The notes under the pieces: generated by a model
What the model was told of the DNA's origin: nothing
The model's input: the letters and a program-made list of their open reading frames with translations, nothing else
Databases searched by the model: none
Part shown: positions 29,272 through 39,348 of the stretch, piece by piece
How the letters are laid out: the number at the start of each line of letters is the position of its first letter
How positions within the stretch are numbered: the first letter of the stretch is position 1
Program-made: the position numbers and the translations under genes
Virus record (IMG/VR): IMGVR_UViG_3300020442_000005
Location: 209,026 to 273,025 of that record
Direction: 5' to 3' (one strand)
Length of the DNA stretch: 64,000 nucleotides

Positions 29272-30396
29272 ATGTCAGAAAAAATACTTAGAGAGTATAT
29301 AAAAGGCCTTTTGCTGAGTAATTCTGACGTCCTTCTTGAGAGGGCTAAAAGAAAAAAAGCCAGACAGAACAATATAGATAAAGAGATAATGGCTGCAGCC
29401 AAATCAGCTGAAGCTGAAGGGCAGAGTTTTACTAGTCAATATTTTGCTGGCTACATTATGGATTCATATCCAGATTTTACTCATGTCCGCAGCCGAAAAG
29501 ACAAAAATTATCTAAATGACCTAGCTGAAGAACCAATAAGCTTGCAGGCGCTTCTGGACAGCTTGGTTGATTTTGATTTGCTAGAAGTGACCGGCCAGCA
29601 GAATAATTTTAAAATATATTCGATAACTGGCCGGCCCAAAACAAAACCGGATATTAAGAGGGGTGATTTTAACGGAGCCTCCGAGCAAGAGTTTTATAAT
29701 TATCTCCAGGAAATCTTAGATTCGGATAGTTATTTGACTGATATGAAAGAGGCCATGGAGCATTTCGGCGGCGGTCTTTTGTTTGATCTTTTCGTTAAAA
29801 ATCAAAATCCTGCATTTACGAGAAAAGTGACCCCACCCCAGGGTACTGATAACCGAACTGATAAATTAATAGACTATTCGACTATGTTTGATTTAAACGG
29901 CGCATTAGCTCGAAACGAATGGAGTGCGGTACTTACTCCTCAATTCAAATTCAGAAATAATAGTAGGACAAAGAAAGTAAGGGGAGTTTTTGTCCGCTTC
30001 AATCACGTGCATTCTCTAATGGAACCATGGCAACTTCTTATTCGAATGGTTGATAAGGCAATTTTTGATTTCCTTAAGAGTCGACCAACATTTGCAAATA
30101 AGGAAGAGTTTAGATTACGACTTTTAGATTCGTTCTGGCAGTTTCCGCTCGAGGTTGATGCCGGCGGTTTACACTTAGAATTGACAAATTTGCCGATTCC
30201 TGGAAAACCATATTACTTTCATACCGCTGATGTGTTGACATCAGCAAATATAAATAAAGCAATCTCATGGCTTGACTCGAATGGAACTGACCCTGAAGAT
30301 CAAATATATCTGGTGCTTCGTAACGCAAACAACGAAACAGTGGTAAATCGAATATCTCAGGCCGCCAAACATAAACAAAAAGAAGAAGCCAGATAA
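29272..30396 (+). CDS. putative virion protein with leader (ILREYIKGLLL...LLE)
   Basis: leader-like N-terminus. Confidence 0.72.
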   Translation: MSEKILREYIKGLLLSNSDVLLERAKRKKARQNNIDKEIMAAAKSAEAEGQSFTSQYFAGYIMDSYPDFTHVRSRKDKNYLNDLAEEPISLQALLDSLVDFDLLEVTGQQNNFKIYSITGRPKTKPDIKRGDFNGASEQEFYNYLQEILDSDSYLTDMKEAMEHFGGGLLFDLFVKNQNPAFTRKVTPPQGTDNRTDKLIDYSTMFDLNGALARNEWSAVLTPQFKFRNNSRTKKVRGVFVRFNHVHSLMEPWQLLIRMVDKAIFDFLKSRPTFANKEEFRLRLLDSFWQFPLEVDAGGLHLELTNLPIPGKPYYFHTADVLTSANINKAISWLDSNGTDPEDQIYLVLRNANNETVVNRISQAAKHKQKEEAR

Positions 30397-30425
30397 AATA
30401 TCATTAAATTAAAATTGGAGTTCAA

Positions 30426-30620
30426 GTGATTAAAGTAGGAAATCAAGTAAGTTTATTCAACAACATCGGAAAAGAAGGCATCGTCATTGGCCTTAAACCC
30501 GTAAAGATCAACACAAGTTTTACCAACGGTACAGCCACAAATTCATGGGCAATTATTATACAGTGGAAAGACGGAACAACAGGTACATATCCTATTGGCG
30601 ATGTAATGAGAATAGACTAA
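30426..30620 (+). CDS. small SH3/KOW-like protein
   Basis: GGAG SD, GTG start, IKVG..V...G.VI...W.DG. Confidence 0.65.
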   Translation: MIKVGNQVSLFNNIGKEGIVIGLKPVKINTSFTNGTATNSWAIIIQWKDGTTGTYPIGDVMRID

Positions 30621-30706
30621 TTTTTTTTTGGATATATAAAATTTAATTTATAATTAATATAGAACATCAACCACCAATTATTTTCATGGAACATAAGGAA
30701 AATAAA

Positions 30707-31021
30707 ATGAAAGTATCAAAAAGACAATTGAAAAGAATCATTCGAGAAGAATATTCAAGGCTAAAACGATCTGGACTTCTTAACGAAGCCATGGGACTAG
30801 GTAACGACATGTATGTCGAGCAAATCATGGAAGAGCTTCGTGATGGTGACGAACTGTCCTATATGGAATTATCAAGAGCATTGAGTCCAATCATACCAGG
30901 CTTTGATGAAGCTGAATTAGGAAATGCAATTGATCACGCTTTGCAAAGGGGAATGATTCAAGCTCGTATGGGAAGAGATGGATTAGGCGTGTTTATGGTG
31001 TCACCCCAGTACATGATGTAA
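30707..31021 (+). CDS. putative virion protein with MKVSKRQLKRIIREE leader
   Basis: leader plus acidic, possibly winged-helix domain. Confidence 0.75.
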   Translation: MKVSKRQLKRIIREEYSRLKRSGLLNEAMGLGNDMYVEQIMEELRDGDELSYMELSRALSPIIPGFDEAELGNAIDHALQRGMIQARMGRDGLGVFMVSPQYMM

Positions 31022-31044
31022 ATAACTTACATTTGCCTGATTTA

Positions 31045-31068
31045 AAATAGACGCTTCGGCGTCTATTT
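31045..31068 (+). terminator. hairpin terminator
   Basis: AAATAGACGC-TTCG-GCGTCTATTT. Confidence 0.75.
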
Positions 31069-31111
31069 CTAATTTGTTTGTATACTTATAATTATACGGG
31101 GGTAATTATGT

Positions 31112-31336
31112 ATGCAATTTTTGGGAGACAACATATATGGATTTAGGCCGGGCCAAATTATATACTATGCAAAAAGTCATTTGGCTTTACTGATTAAGCC
31201 TGAAGACGGTGAAGACGTATGGCAGCCGGGTTTGTTCGTAAGATATTTAAACGGATCAAAAGAAAACTGTATAATAACAGACATACACGGAACGAAACTC
31301 GAATGTCCTACATATATGATCCAGAAGGTGTACTAG
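31112..31336 (+). CDS. small hypothetical protein
   Basis: GGGGG SD, ORF. Confidence 0.55.
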   Translation: MQFLGDNIYGFRPGQIIYYAKSHLALLIKPEDGEDVWQPGLFVRYLNGSKENCIITDIHGTKLECPTYMIQKVY

Positions 31337-31569
31337 ACGCTCACAGCTTTATTTATCTGACTATAGGCAGCCTTGTGTACTATGGTCCAGTAACAAATGT
31401 CGGGAAAGAGCGGCATATCGGCATAATTATCGATGCGAACTATTCTAATATTGTCGCTGGTGAATGCATATTCCACGTATACGCTGACGGTAATATAATA
31501 GAGACAGCCATTGTTTATCCAGTTGCAGAGGAAGTTTTACATGAAAAAATTGTACGAATCGAGTCTTGA
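31303..31569 (+). CDS. small SH3-like protein
   Basis: IGSLVY...GIII pattern; start uncertain. Confidence 0.45.
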   Translation: MSYIYDPEGVLDAHSFIYLTIGSLVYYGPVTNVGKERHIGIIIDANYSNIVAGECIFHVYADGNIIETAIVYPVAEEVLHEKIVRIES

Positions 31570-34375
31570 TGAGGGTTTCATGGATCATCTCAAAAAGCTT
31601 ACAAAGCTCGGAGAGATGGGATCAAAGGCCAAGGCAATATTTACAGCATTAACTAGTTTCAAGGATGGCGACGCCACAGAAGCTACAATAGCAATAATAG
31701 ATCTTATGCCTGACAGTGAAGATTCTAAAGGTTTTAAAAGTAAACTTTCTAAGTTCGTAGAAGACAATGGCGAAATAATTTCACAGATCAGATCTGCAGC
31801 CGATGCCAAGAAAGCTATTCAAGATATTGGTCCGGAAAAGATTGCAAAGTTTTCAGAAAGTGATGAAGGTTCTTGGCTAAGGGATTTTAAAGCATTTGTC
31901 GTAAAAAATTCTGAAAAGTTTGAACAGATACTACAAACTATTTCCAGTGGAGAGCTTGAAGATTTTGAGGAGCTAGCTGACTTTGAAGTACCCAGTATGG
32001 TAAGATCAAAAGCCCAACAGCTTCTTAGCAATGTCGCGGAGAAGGCCGGTGAACAAGCCGACAAGATTTCTGGGTTCTTAGATATGGTCGCAGAACTACC
32101 GATCGCAGATGCTGAAGTGCAGACTGAGTCTCGCAATCTCTTTGTTGCAATGTCGGATTCTGCGTTGAATGAATCGATTAAGATTCTAGCTGAAAAGTGT
32201 TCGAACATTGGCAATGGATATATTGAGGTTGAAATACCGCTCAACAGTTATCCAGACGAGCACACATCAGAAGACGGCAGGATGCTTGACTACGGCGGAA
32301 CAAAGTCAGATTCTCATGAGGGTCGAATGACTAAAGCAAAACTGTTCAGGCTTGCTCAAATGGCGCAAAGCCTGCACGATAGAATGGAGGATGGCGATGA
32401 TCTGCCTGAATGGGTTCAGGATAAGATTACAACTTCTGAAGATAGGATAAGCTCCGCCCATGATTATATTGATTATAAATTACGAAGAATTAATGAAGGT
32501 GCGACTCTGTCCGAGATAATATTTGAAAGCCTTAGAAGATCTGCTGGTTTGAATCTTATTGCGATTGAAAACAAAGAAGCCGTCGAGGGAAACAAGGATT
32601 ATATCTATAAACCGTTAGCTTCAAACCGAGTCAAAGTTTATCCAGCTACTGCGCTTGAAGACGTTTTTCCAACATATGGTAATACATATAAGCAAGCAAG
32701 ATTAGACAAAGCCAGACAATCGACTGATGCAAAACTTAAAGCGCTTCCTGCAAACTACGCAGACTTAAAATCATATCAGAAGGTTGTTTTGGGTATGAGT
32801 TCCGATCGTGCTAGCTCACATTCCGGAGGAGTAAAAGAAGATTTTATTGATTTGTTAACTCCATTTGGAATCTTTGATATTACAGCAGACACTGTTGTTC
32901 CTGGAGCTGCAAGACTTACAAGACGGTTTGATTCGAGTTTAGCTGAGGAAGTTCCTTACAACCCAACCCAAGACTCTGCAGTAATGTTGAGAACCGACGA
33001 AAGTGATTTTTTGCTAACAATCGGCGATGAAACTTTTGTAAAAGGCAGGATTTATAATCTGCTTAATAAAACTTTAAAACGTCGGCTGAAAGGTATTGAT
33101 TATACACAAAGATATTATGTCAAGCTAGACACATTGTTTACAGAATCCCCAACGGCAGCTGGTGGGTTAGCTTCTCAATCGGCAGTAACAAACGCATTAC
33201 AGGTGTATAATGCTTTAACTACTAGTCAAAAAACAGGAATAGCCCAGCTTCTTCAAGTTGATGGACCTTTTGTGAATTGGTCAGATGCATTTCGTACTTT
33301 GTACAGTAGCGGCCCAGCACCAATCTTTAAAATGCCTAATAGCGATGATATACCTATTTCATCAACATCAAATTGGGGAAATCTATTTAAAAAGAAAACC
33401 GACGATGCTGGAAAGGGTGAATATTTGGCGGCGGCTTTGTTTCCAAACTTGGTTGCAATCGGTGGCGCAGGTGCAGTTGCTGGTGTTGATCTTTATGATG
33501 CAAATTCTGGCGACAAATATGAAGTGAAAGAACCGAACTTTAGATCCGGAACAAAAGGTCGGACAAAACCATCTCAAGTTATCAAAAGTGTTGAGTCTGC
33601 ATACGCAGATTTGATCGATGGAATAGCAACGATTAAGGCTACAATAGAAGACGAGTTTGATGTTGCAACAGTCACATCAGAACTTCCCCAGAATGCGCAA
33701 AGAGCACAAAAGGTTGAGTATATTAGAACAAAACTAAAATATACCGATGCAGTTCCCGATGACAAGAGAGCCGTAATATTTGGTTACTTTGATGCAGCAC
33801 ACAGCGGCAAAGACATTGATGGTGAAGTAATTTCCATGCGGGAAAGGGAAAGTTATTTGAAAACGGCGGTAGAGCTTTTATACGGTCAAATACTTGACGT
33901 TCTTACTGCAGAAAGCGATTATGTCTTGCGTGGTGAACTTCCGGTTTCTAGAATAAACATACTAAGAACAACTTTTGAGGTGTTAGATATTGCAAAACAC
34001 TTCAGCGCACTTAGCCGATCAAAACTTAAAAACAATCCGCTTTTCAAAGACGTAATCAAGCGGAATAGAATCGATTTTGCAAAGTTTAACGCGAACGTCA
34101 GGGACGCATATCTGGCAGCTATCAACCCACAAGATGCTTTTGCCGGCGTGACTGGTATAATGATCGTAACTAAAGATGGCTATCGTATATTTAGCCAAGT
34201 CATGCTTAAAGAAATGATTATCGATAATTTTGATTCAATCCTAACGAGGGATCAACAAAGAACGTCACTCGGAGCTAGCGCAAATATCACCCAGGGATTG
34301 GTCGGAATGACAGTTAAAAATTGGGAAGCAACAAGAGCGCGTTCTGCAAACAGAAGAAGAAGACCCCAACCATAA
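31541..34375 (+). CDS. large modular putative virion protein with a possible PD-(D/E)XK nuclease-like domain
   Basis: multiple (L/I)xE sites; module HEGRM.K..L...DDLPEWVQ.KI; GKGE...VDL...YEVK. Confidence 0.75.
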   Translation: MKKLYESSLDEGFMDHLKKLTKLGEMGSKAKAIFTALTSFKDGDATEATIAIIDLMPDSEDSKGFKSKLSKFVEDNGEIISQIRSAADAKKAIQDIGPEKIAKFSESDEGSWLRDFKAFVVKNSEKFEQILQTISSGELEDFEELADFEVPSMVRSKAQQLLSNVAEKAGEQADKISGFLDMVAELPIADAEVQTESRNLFVAMSDSALNESIKILAEKCSNIGNGYIEVEIPLNSYPDEHTSEDGRMLDYGGTKSDSHEGRMTKAKLFRLAQMAQSLHDRMEDGDDLPEWVQDKITTSEDRISSAHDYIDYKLRRINEGATLSEIIFESLRRSAGLNLIAIENKEAVEGNKDYIYKPLASNRVKVYPATALEDVFPTYGNTYKQARLDKARQSTDAKLKALPANYADLKSYQKVVLGMSSDRASSHSGGVKEDFIDLLTPFGIFDITADTVVPGAARLTRRFDSSLAEEVPYNPTQDSAVMLRTDESDFLLTIGDETFVKGRIYNLLNKTLKRRLKGIDYTQRYYVKLDTLFTESPTAAGGLASQSAVTNALQVYNALTTSQKTGIAQLLQVDGPFVNWSDAFRTLYSSGPAPIFKMPNSDDIPISSTSNWGNLFKKKTDDAGKGEYLAAALFPNLVAIGGAGAVAGVDLYDANSGDKYEVKEPNFRSGTKGRTKPSQVIKSVESAYADLIDGIATIKATIEDEFDVATVTSELPQNAQRAQKVEYIRTKLKYTDAVPDDKRAVIFGYFDAAHSGKDIDGEVISMRERESYLKTAVELLYGQILDVLTAESDYVLRGELPVSRINILRTTFEVLDIAKHFSALSRSKLKNNPLFKDVIKRNRIDFAKFNANVRDAYLAAINPQDAFAGVTGIMIVTKDGYRIFSQVMLKEMIIDNFDSILTRDQQRTSLGASANITQGLVGMTVKNWEATRARSANRRRRPQP

Positions 34376-34389
34376 ACTGGACCATAAAA

Positions 34390-35076
34390 ATGATTTTAAC
34401 TAGAAGCGAATTAAGATATCTTATAAAAGAGGCCGTTGAACAGAAACAGGCAAATGAGTTGGAAAAAAGATATGATCAATTTTTCGACAAGGCCGAAGTA
34501 GCTGGAGCAGATTTCCTTGAAGATCTTGCTAAAGAAATGAAAGCCGCGGCCGCAGAAGAAAGCCAGAGCTTAGACGAAGTGGATCCAATTATTTTGGGTG
34601 CCAGTTTCGCCGCAGCAATGCCTATTCTAATGAAGGGAGTTGAGAAGCTTATTGCGTCTATAGCTTCAGGTCTGAAGGGTATCGATAATTTAGTGATAGG
34701 TCGTGGACGGCTTTACGATGCTGGCGAGCGAATGGATCAATGGGTTGATTGGTGGGCAACAAAATCTGAGGAACTTCATCATGCTTATATTGGTGGAATC
34801 GAAAAAATAATCGATGCAGCTTGTTTTATAACTCGCAAAAACCCACCGCAAGAAAGTCGTCACAAAGCAGCTAAAGCAATATGGACAATGATTGTCGCGT
34901 ATTTAATGGTTCAGTCTGGAATCGGTGTTCTTAAAGCTGTCGGTCATCACGCTTATGGTATTGCCGGTATTGAAGGAGTTTTAGCAACGATTAAAGCCGG
35001 AGAGATTGGCGTATACCTTTACGACGTGTTTGAAACTCTACTGGCCGCCGGGACTGTGGCGGTTTTAGCAACATAA
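34390..35076 (+). CDS. putative virion protein with MILTRSELRYLIKE leader, hydrophobic helices
   Basis: leader; SLDE site; amphipathic or TM segments. Confidence 0.72.
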   Translation: MILTRSELRYLIKEAVEQKQANELEKRYDQFFDKAEVAGADFLEDLAKEMKAAAAEESQSLDEVDPIILGASFAAAMPILMKGVEKLIASIASGLKGIDNLVIGRGRLYDAGERMDQWVDWWATKSEELHHAYIGGIEKIIDAACFITRKNPPQESRHKAAKAIWTMIVAYLMVQSGIGVLKAVGHHAYGIAGIEGVLATIKAGEIGVYLYDVFETLLAAGTVAVLAT

Positions 35077-35104
35077 AAAAGAGCCGGCTCTCTCGAACCG
35101 ACTC
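35075..35104 (-). terminator. intrinsic terminator of the methyltransferase gene
   Basis: minus strand GAGTCGGTTC-GAGA-GAGCCGGCTC-TTTTTT. Confidence 0.75.
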
Positions 35105-35128
35105 GTACAAATGAAAGAACTCTTAGGT

Positions 35129-36064
35129 TTAGCGACCTGCGAGTTCTTTCCAGTTTTCGTTGTTGCTCCATGGACCTTCAACAAATGGCAATCCTGGGAA
35201 ACGTCGTGTATAGTTTGGACTTTGTTTCTTACGAAGCTTCCATAACGCGTTTCGGCTATTCTCGGCTCCCACAACAGGTGCTAGCATATTTGAAACAAGT
35301 GTCGTATCATAATATGCAGACAGCTTATCAAAGAAGTCCTTAGGAATCACTGTGCCAATCAAGTGTTTATAATCTTTCTGAGAGGCAAAAGTTCCATAAA
35401 CCTCTTCGATCTCAAAACCCAAATCTTCCATCAAAGCGCCTAGTGCTTCATATGTCATTTCATTGGGATGGTTATCAGCCGCACCAGTCTTCTCATCGTA
35501 GCAAGGAGTAGAAACCCAGAAAACAGATTCGTCGTGCATCAGGTCCTGGCCTCGTCGAAGAAACTCGTTCGCTTGCCATGGTTGTACGTGCTCAATAACT
35601 TCTAAGCAAACAATGGTATCAAATGTTTTGTTCTCACCAAACTCATGAGTCAAAAAATCTGCACGTGCATGAAGCTGTACGTTTTTAAGTGAGTTTGATT
35701 TACCAGACAGAACAGTGTTTTCCAATCGTTCTGTCCCTCTTGTCTTAAACTTATCAGCAGCTTCCAGACCAACGTATTCCGAACATTTTACTCGGTTACA
35801 GTGCATTGAATTAAGAAGCTGAAGTTCTGGTCCACATCCAATGTCTAGAACGGATGGTCCATTACCTTCATTTAGTTTACGAGTCTTTGTAGAAAGAAGA
35901 TGTTTTCCTACGACGTGTGAATAACGAGCGGCATGTGCGATATAGTCGCGGTGTAATTGAACGCGTTGCATTGCGGTCTCCACTGATAGATGTGTACGAT
36001 TAAACTCTTCGCGATATCGCTTGAGTTCCTCTTTGTTGATTTGTTTAGTTTCAATAACTGACAT
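35129..36064 (-). CDS. class I SAM-dependent methyltransferase
   Basis: H.ARY, VLDIGCG, FDTIVCLEVIEHV, VSTP; AGGAG SD. Confidence 0.88.
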   Translation of the reverse strand: MSVIETKQINKEELKRYREEFNRTHLSVETAMQRVQLHRDYIAHAARYSHVVGKHLLSTKTRKLNEGNGPSVLDIGCGPELQLLNSMHCNRVKCSEYVGLEAADKFKTRGTERLENTVLSGKSNSLKNVQLHARADFLTHEFGENKTFDTIVCLEVIEHVQPWQANEFLRRGQDLMHDESVFWVSTPCYDEKTGAADNHPNEMTYEALGALMEDLGFEIEEVYGTFASQKDYKHLIGTVIPKDFFDKLSAYYDTTLVSNMLAPVVGAENSRNALWKLRKKQSPNYTRRFPGLPFVEGPWSNNENWKELAGR

Positions 36065-36153
36065 TTGTTCTCCTTGTGAGTATTAACAGTTATATTCTAA
36101 TGATACACGGTTAAATGTACATGTAGAATATTTTTAAAAAATTTTTGTATTTT

Positions 36154-36190
36154 CGTGTGCTCGTCGCCCTAGTGGGGTAAATTATATATG
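36154..36190 (+). promoter_or_regulatory. conserved early promoter
   Basis: CGTGTG-N18-TAAATTATATATG. Confidence 0.72.
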
Positions 36191-36206
36191 AACGCAAACC
36201 AGGAGA

Positions 36207-36398
36207 ATGATTATGACTGAATGGAAAATTTATTGGGTTAGAGTGAATGATGACAAGACCGTGGAAAGAGGCGTGAAGATGATTCTTGCCTCAGACGAAC
36301 AGGATGCTCGCGAGCGTGGAGACGTTCTCAGCAAGTTGTTTTACACATCTAGATGGTCAATTGAAAAAATCGTTGAAGTAAAGAAGGAGAATGCATGA
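36207..36398 (+). CDS. hypothetical protein
   Basis: AGGAG SD. Confidence 0.65.
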   Translation: MIMTEWKIYWVRVNDDKTVERGVKMILASDEQDARERGDVLSKLFYTSRWSIEKIVEVKKENA

Positions 36399-36619
36399 TC
36401 AAAAAAGGAAAGTTATATAGATACGCCGAAAACAGTGACACTAATGTTCCATTGGTTGAGGTAAACAAAACTTGGGATAAACCAGACATCGACCCATATT
36501 GTCCAGAGTCTGTGGCAATCGTTGGCATGGTTACCTTTACCTATCTTAGCGGTCCAAAAATCGGAAAAACAAGATCAGTTCGAAGAAGAGTATTTTCAAC
36601 AGTAGCACAGGAGCAATAA
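36395..36619 (+). CDS. hypothetical protein
   Basis: AGGAG SD, ATGA overlap. Confidence 0.65.
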   Translation: MIKKGKLYRYAENSDTNVPLVEVNKTWDKPDIDPYCPESVAIVGMVTFTYLSGPKIGKTRSVRRRVFSTVAQEQ

Positions 36620-36804
36620 TGAAAAATTTTGAATATGTCAATGACAATGACATCGTTAGCGTCGCAGTGGGATTTTTCTTCGCTGTATTTATTGGATTGA
36701 TTTTTTCTTACGCCATGATTTGGTCAATCGAAAAAGAAATCCAACTTGGGATTCACGGCAAGTCATCCGAATCATTAATCAACGGGAAAGGGAGTCGAAA
36801 ATGA
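36619..36804 (+). CDS. small membrane protein
   Basis: single TM helix, AGGAG SD. Confidence 0.6.
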   Translation: MKNFEYVNDNDIVSVAVGFFFAVFIGLIFSYAMIWSIEKEIQLGIHGKSSESLINGKGSRK

Positions 36805-36932
36805 CAAGAGAAACAGAGGACACGATTATGGGCTGGTATATCATTATGGCTGCATTGCTCTTTGCGATTGCAATTTTTAATGCAACACCAGTTTTGAAAA
36901 CCAAAACATGCGAATGTACTGAGGTAAACTAA
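36801..36932 (+). CDS. small membrane protein
   Basis: MTRETED... TM helix, GGAG SD, ATGA overlap. Confidence 0.55.
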   Translation: MTRETEDTIMGWYIIMAALLFAIAIFNATPVLKTKTCECTEVN

Positions 36933-37165
36933 TGGCGATAAGAAAGAAAGAAGATAGAAAAAATCATGTGATCGACATTGATTTGACAGGTCCAGAGGGC
37001 AACGCGTTTGTGCTGATTGGATATGCGAAACGTTTTTGCAAGCAGCTTGGCTACACCCAGTATAAAACTGATCTGATTGTACAAGAAATGATGCTTACGG
37101 ACTACGAAGGTCTGTTGCATACTTTTGATCGTGAATTTGGAACATTTGTTAATTTGTGGCGATAA
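36932..37165 (+). CDS. conserved phage protein (IDLTGPEGNAF)
   Basis: G.dGNAF.lig...M...DY..LL..F family often seen in phages. Confidence 0.75.
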   Translation: MAIRKKEDRKNHVIDIDLTGPEGNAFVLIGYAKRFCKQLGYTQYKTDLIVQEMMLTDYEGLLHTFDREFGTFVNLWR

Positions 37166-37167
37166 TT

Positions 37168-37222
37168 TGTGTGGCCACCTGACCAACAAGATACATTATA
37201 TATGTAAGGAGAAACCTTGCAA
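37168..37222 (+). promoter_or_regulatory. conserved early promoter plus 5' hairpin (copy 2)
   Basis: TGTGTG-N18-TACATTATATATGTAAGGAGAAACCTTGCAA. Confidence 0.8.
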
Positions 37223-37237
37223 GTTCATGGAGTAAAT

Positions 37238-37645
37238 ATGAAAAAAGATATTATTTCGGCCATTCATGCTGCGCGCGGTAATCGCCCAGCCCTTCTCGCC
37301 CTCGCCTCGTTTGAGACGTTAGATCTTGTCGCTGCGGCTTACAATGTCAGCCCGCAATATGCCGCGCCCAAAGTAGCTCAGCGTCTGTTTGATGCAAAGT
37401 CGGTCACAATCAAAGGCTCAAGCCAAACATACGGCAGACGATTCAGTAAGCGATACGATCTCACCGACCAAAATCAAGCGTGTCAAGCTCTTAAAACCTG
37501 GGGTGTGCGATCTCTCTCAAACCGGGTATGGCATCAAGTCGGCAAAGACATCGATGCTTACTATGCGGCTTTTGAAGCTGACAAAACAGATCTTTTGTCA
37601 AGACACACCACTGTCGAGCTCGAGCTCATTCGTCACAGCAAATAA
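37238..37645 (+). CDS. hypothetical early protein
   Basis: GGAGTAAATATG start as at 5538. Confidence 0.75.
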   Translation: MKKDIISAIHAARGNRPALLALASFETLDLVAAAYNVSPQYAAPKVAQRLFDAKSVTIKGSSQTYGRRFSKRYDLTDQNQACQALKTWGVRSLSNRVWHQVGKDIDAYYAAFEADKTDLLSRHTTVELELIRHSK

Positions 37646-37659
37646 CCCGGGAGTTATCA

Positions 37660-38022
37660 ATGGCTAAATATAATCCAGCAAATAACCAGCATCAGGCTTG
37701 GCTCGCGCAAAACGTTTTAAGCACTCTCAAAAAGTGGGGTTTCGTCATCGATGAGGAATGTTCAAAAACCTCATGGGAGTTTGTTTGCTCTCGTGTCGAT
37801 AGATTCGATGCATCCAAACGCATAATCGTTTACACGTCCATTGACAAAACGTCTGGTGCAATGCGAGACAACGGAATGGACAGAATAAGAGTTGTCGTCA
37901 AGAAAGATTCTGATAAAACCGGTTTTGCAACTCGTGTTGGGCGTATCAATCGGGTTGGCGAGTTCAAAGCAATCACAAGTCGTTTGTGTGAATGCATAAT
38001 CAAAGCACAAAAAATCAAGTAA
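37660..38022 (+). CDS. hypothetical protein
   Basis: GGAG SD; VYTSI...R..G.D.IRV...RINR motif. Confidence 0.72.
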   Translation: MAKYNPANNQHQAWLAQNVLSTLKKWGFVIDEECSKTSWEFVCSRVDRFDASKRIIVYTSIDKTSGAMRDNGMDRIRVVVKKDSDKTGFATRVGRINRVGEFKAITSRLCECIIKAQKIK

Positions 38023-38031
38023 GGAGAAAAC

Positions 38032-38364
38032 ATGATTAAAGTTTGTAAACACTGTGGCGAAGATTTTGAAACAACATCCTATGCCAAGAAACAAGCCGGC
38101 GGCTATATCAACGAATGCGCTGATTGTGTTGTTGAACTTGGTACTGAGACTGCGGTTCGTTATCGTGGCGTAATCTCGGGCGATGGAAAAATGGCTGCAA
38201 TCTCTATCGTGCGTTTTGATAGCGAAGATGATGCAGAGGCATATGTCAAGTCATTCAATGCTAGCGGTGCTTTTGGCGGCAGAAAAACAAACACATGCAA
38301 TACAATCAATCACTATCATGTGGGCGCAAATATTGCAAACTCAAATCACAAGGGGAAAAAATAA
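38032..38364 (+). CDS. zinc-finger protein
   Basis: CKHC...CADC; AGGAG SD. Confidence 0.72.
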   Translation: MIKVCKHCGEDFETTSYAKKQAGGYINECADCVVELGTETAVRYRGVISGDGKMAAISIVRFDSEDDAEAYVKSFNASGAFGGRKTNTCNTINHYHVGANIANSNHKGKK

Positions 38365-38376
38365 TATGCGGAATTC

Positions 38377-38430
38377 CGTGTAATCATATGACCAGTGTGG
38401 TAAATTATATATGTAAGAAAAAAACTTACA
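38377..38430 (+). promoter_or_regulatory. conserved early promoter plus variant 5' hairpin
   Basis: CGTGTA-N18-TAAATTATATA then TGTAAG-AAAAAAA-CTTACA. Confidence 0.78.
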
Positions 38431-38459
38431 CCTACTAAACCTAGTTCAATGGAGAAACC

Positions 38460-39302
38460 ATGAATACAATTAAAATGCTCAATCCCGAGACAAATGAAGT
38501 CTCAAACGTCCCAGCTGTACAAGTAACAGATTATCTCGTTTCCGGCTGGATCATCACTGAAGGCGCGCTTACTGAATGGTGGGAAACCCAAGGCAAAGAA
38601 ATCTATGATGACGAGCCTACGGAAACTTACTACGAAGAGGACGTCGACGCCAACGAAGCAATCGATCGCGATTTTGCGGCTGCTGTCTTTGAAGACGAGA
38701 CGGACCAAGCTCCGGAGCATACCAAAGAAAATGTTATCCAGGCTCTTCTCGACAACAACATTCTCAATGCGGCTGTTGCTCACCTTGGCGACTTGCAAAC
38801 TGCTGACGAGCTAGCTGCTGGCGTGACTAGTCACAATAACGGCGCCGGCTTCTCAGCCGCATATGCGCGCACCGGTCGTCGATTGTGGCAATGGGTTACT
38901 GGTAAAGACGCTAAGTCGATGGAAGAACGTTGGGACAAGAAGTGTCTCAGCCATACTCGAGCCAACGCAGCTTTTCAGCGCCAAGTTCGCAACTATGATT
39001 TTGATACGGCTGTAGAGCTGGCAAGATATGTTTGTTCGTTTCACTGGCGTCAACTGTCTCATATTCTTGAGCCTGATTTCGCAGGAATGGATCTACCAAA
39101 AGTGGATGAGAAAAAGCGAAACAACTTCGTGCCATCAAAGTGGCTTGATATTACCGGTGCAAAAGTGCTAACAATCAAAGGCAACGGTACACAAATCTTG
39201 TGGGACAGCCGAAAGATCTGGCTTCCTTCTAGCCAGTTTAAGAATGCAAACGGTAAGATGAGTATTCCTATGTGGTTGGCTCAGAAGAATGACATGATTT
39301 AA
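38460..39302 (+). CDS. hypothetical early protein
   Basis: QT.DE...T...N..GF motif; GGAG SD; higher GC3 codons. Confidence 0.78.
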   Translation: MNTIKMLNPETNEVSNVPAVQVTDYLVSGWIITEGALTEWWETQGKEIYDDEPTETYYEEDVDANEAIDRDFAAAVFEDETDQAPEHTKENVIQALLDNNILNAAVAHLGDLQTADELAAGVTSHNNGAGFSAAYARTGRRLWQWVTGKDAKSMEERWDKKCLSHTRANAAFQRQVRNYDFDTAVELARYVCSFHWRQLSHILEPDFAGMDLPKVDEKKRNNFVPSKWLDITGAKVLTIKGNGTQILWDSRKIWLPSSQFKNANGKMSIPMWLAQKNDMI

Positions 39303-39324
39303 GGATCGACTTGTTCTGTCGACG

Positions 39325-39348
39325 GGAGGTGCTTGCACCTCCTTTTTT
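39325..39348 (+). terminator. intrinsic terminator
   Basis: GGAGGTG-CTTG-CACCTCC-TTTTTT. Confidence 0.85.
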
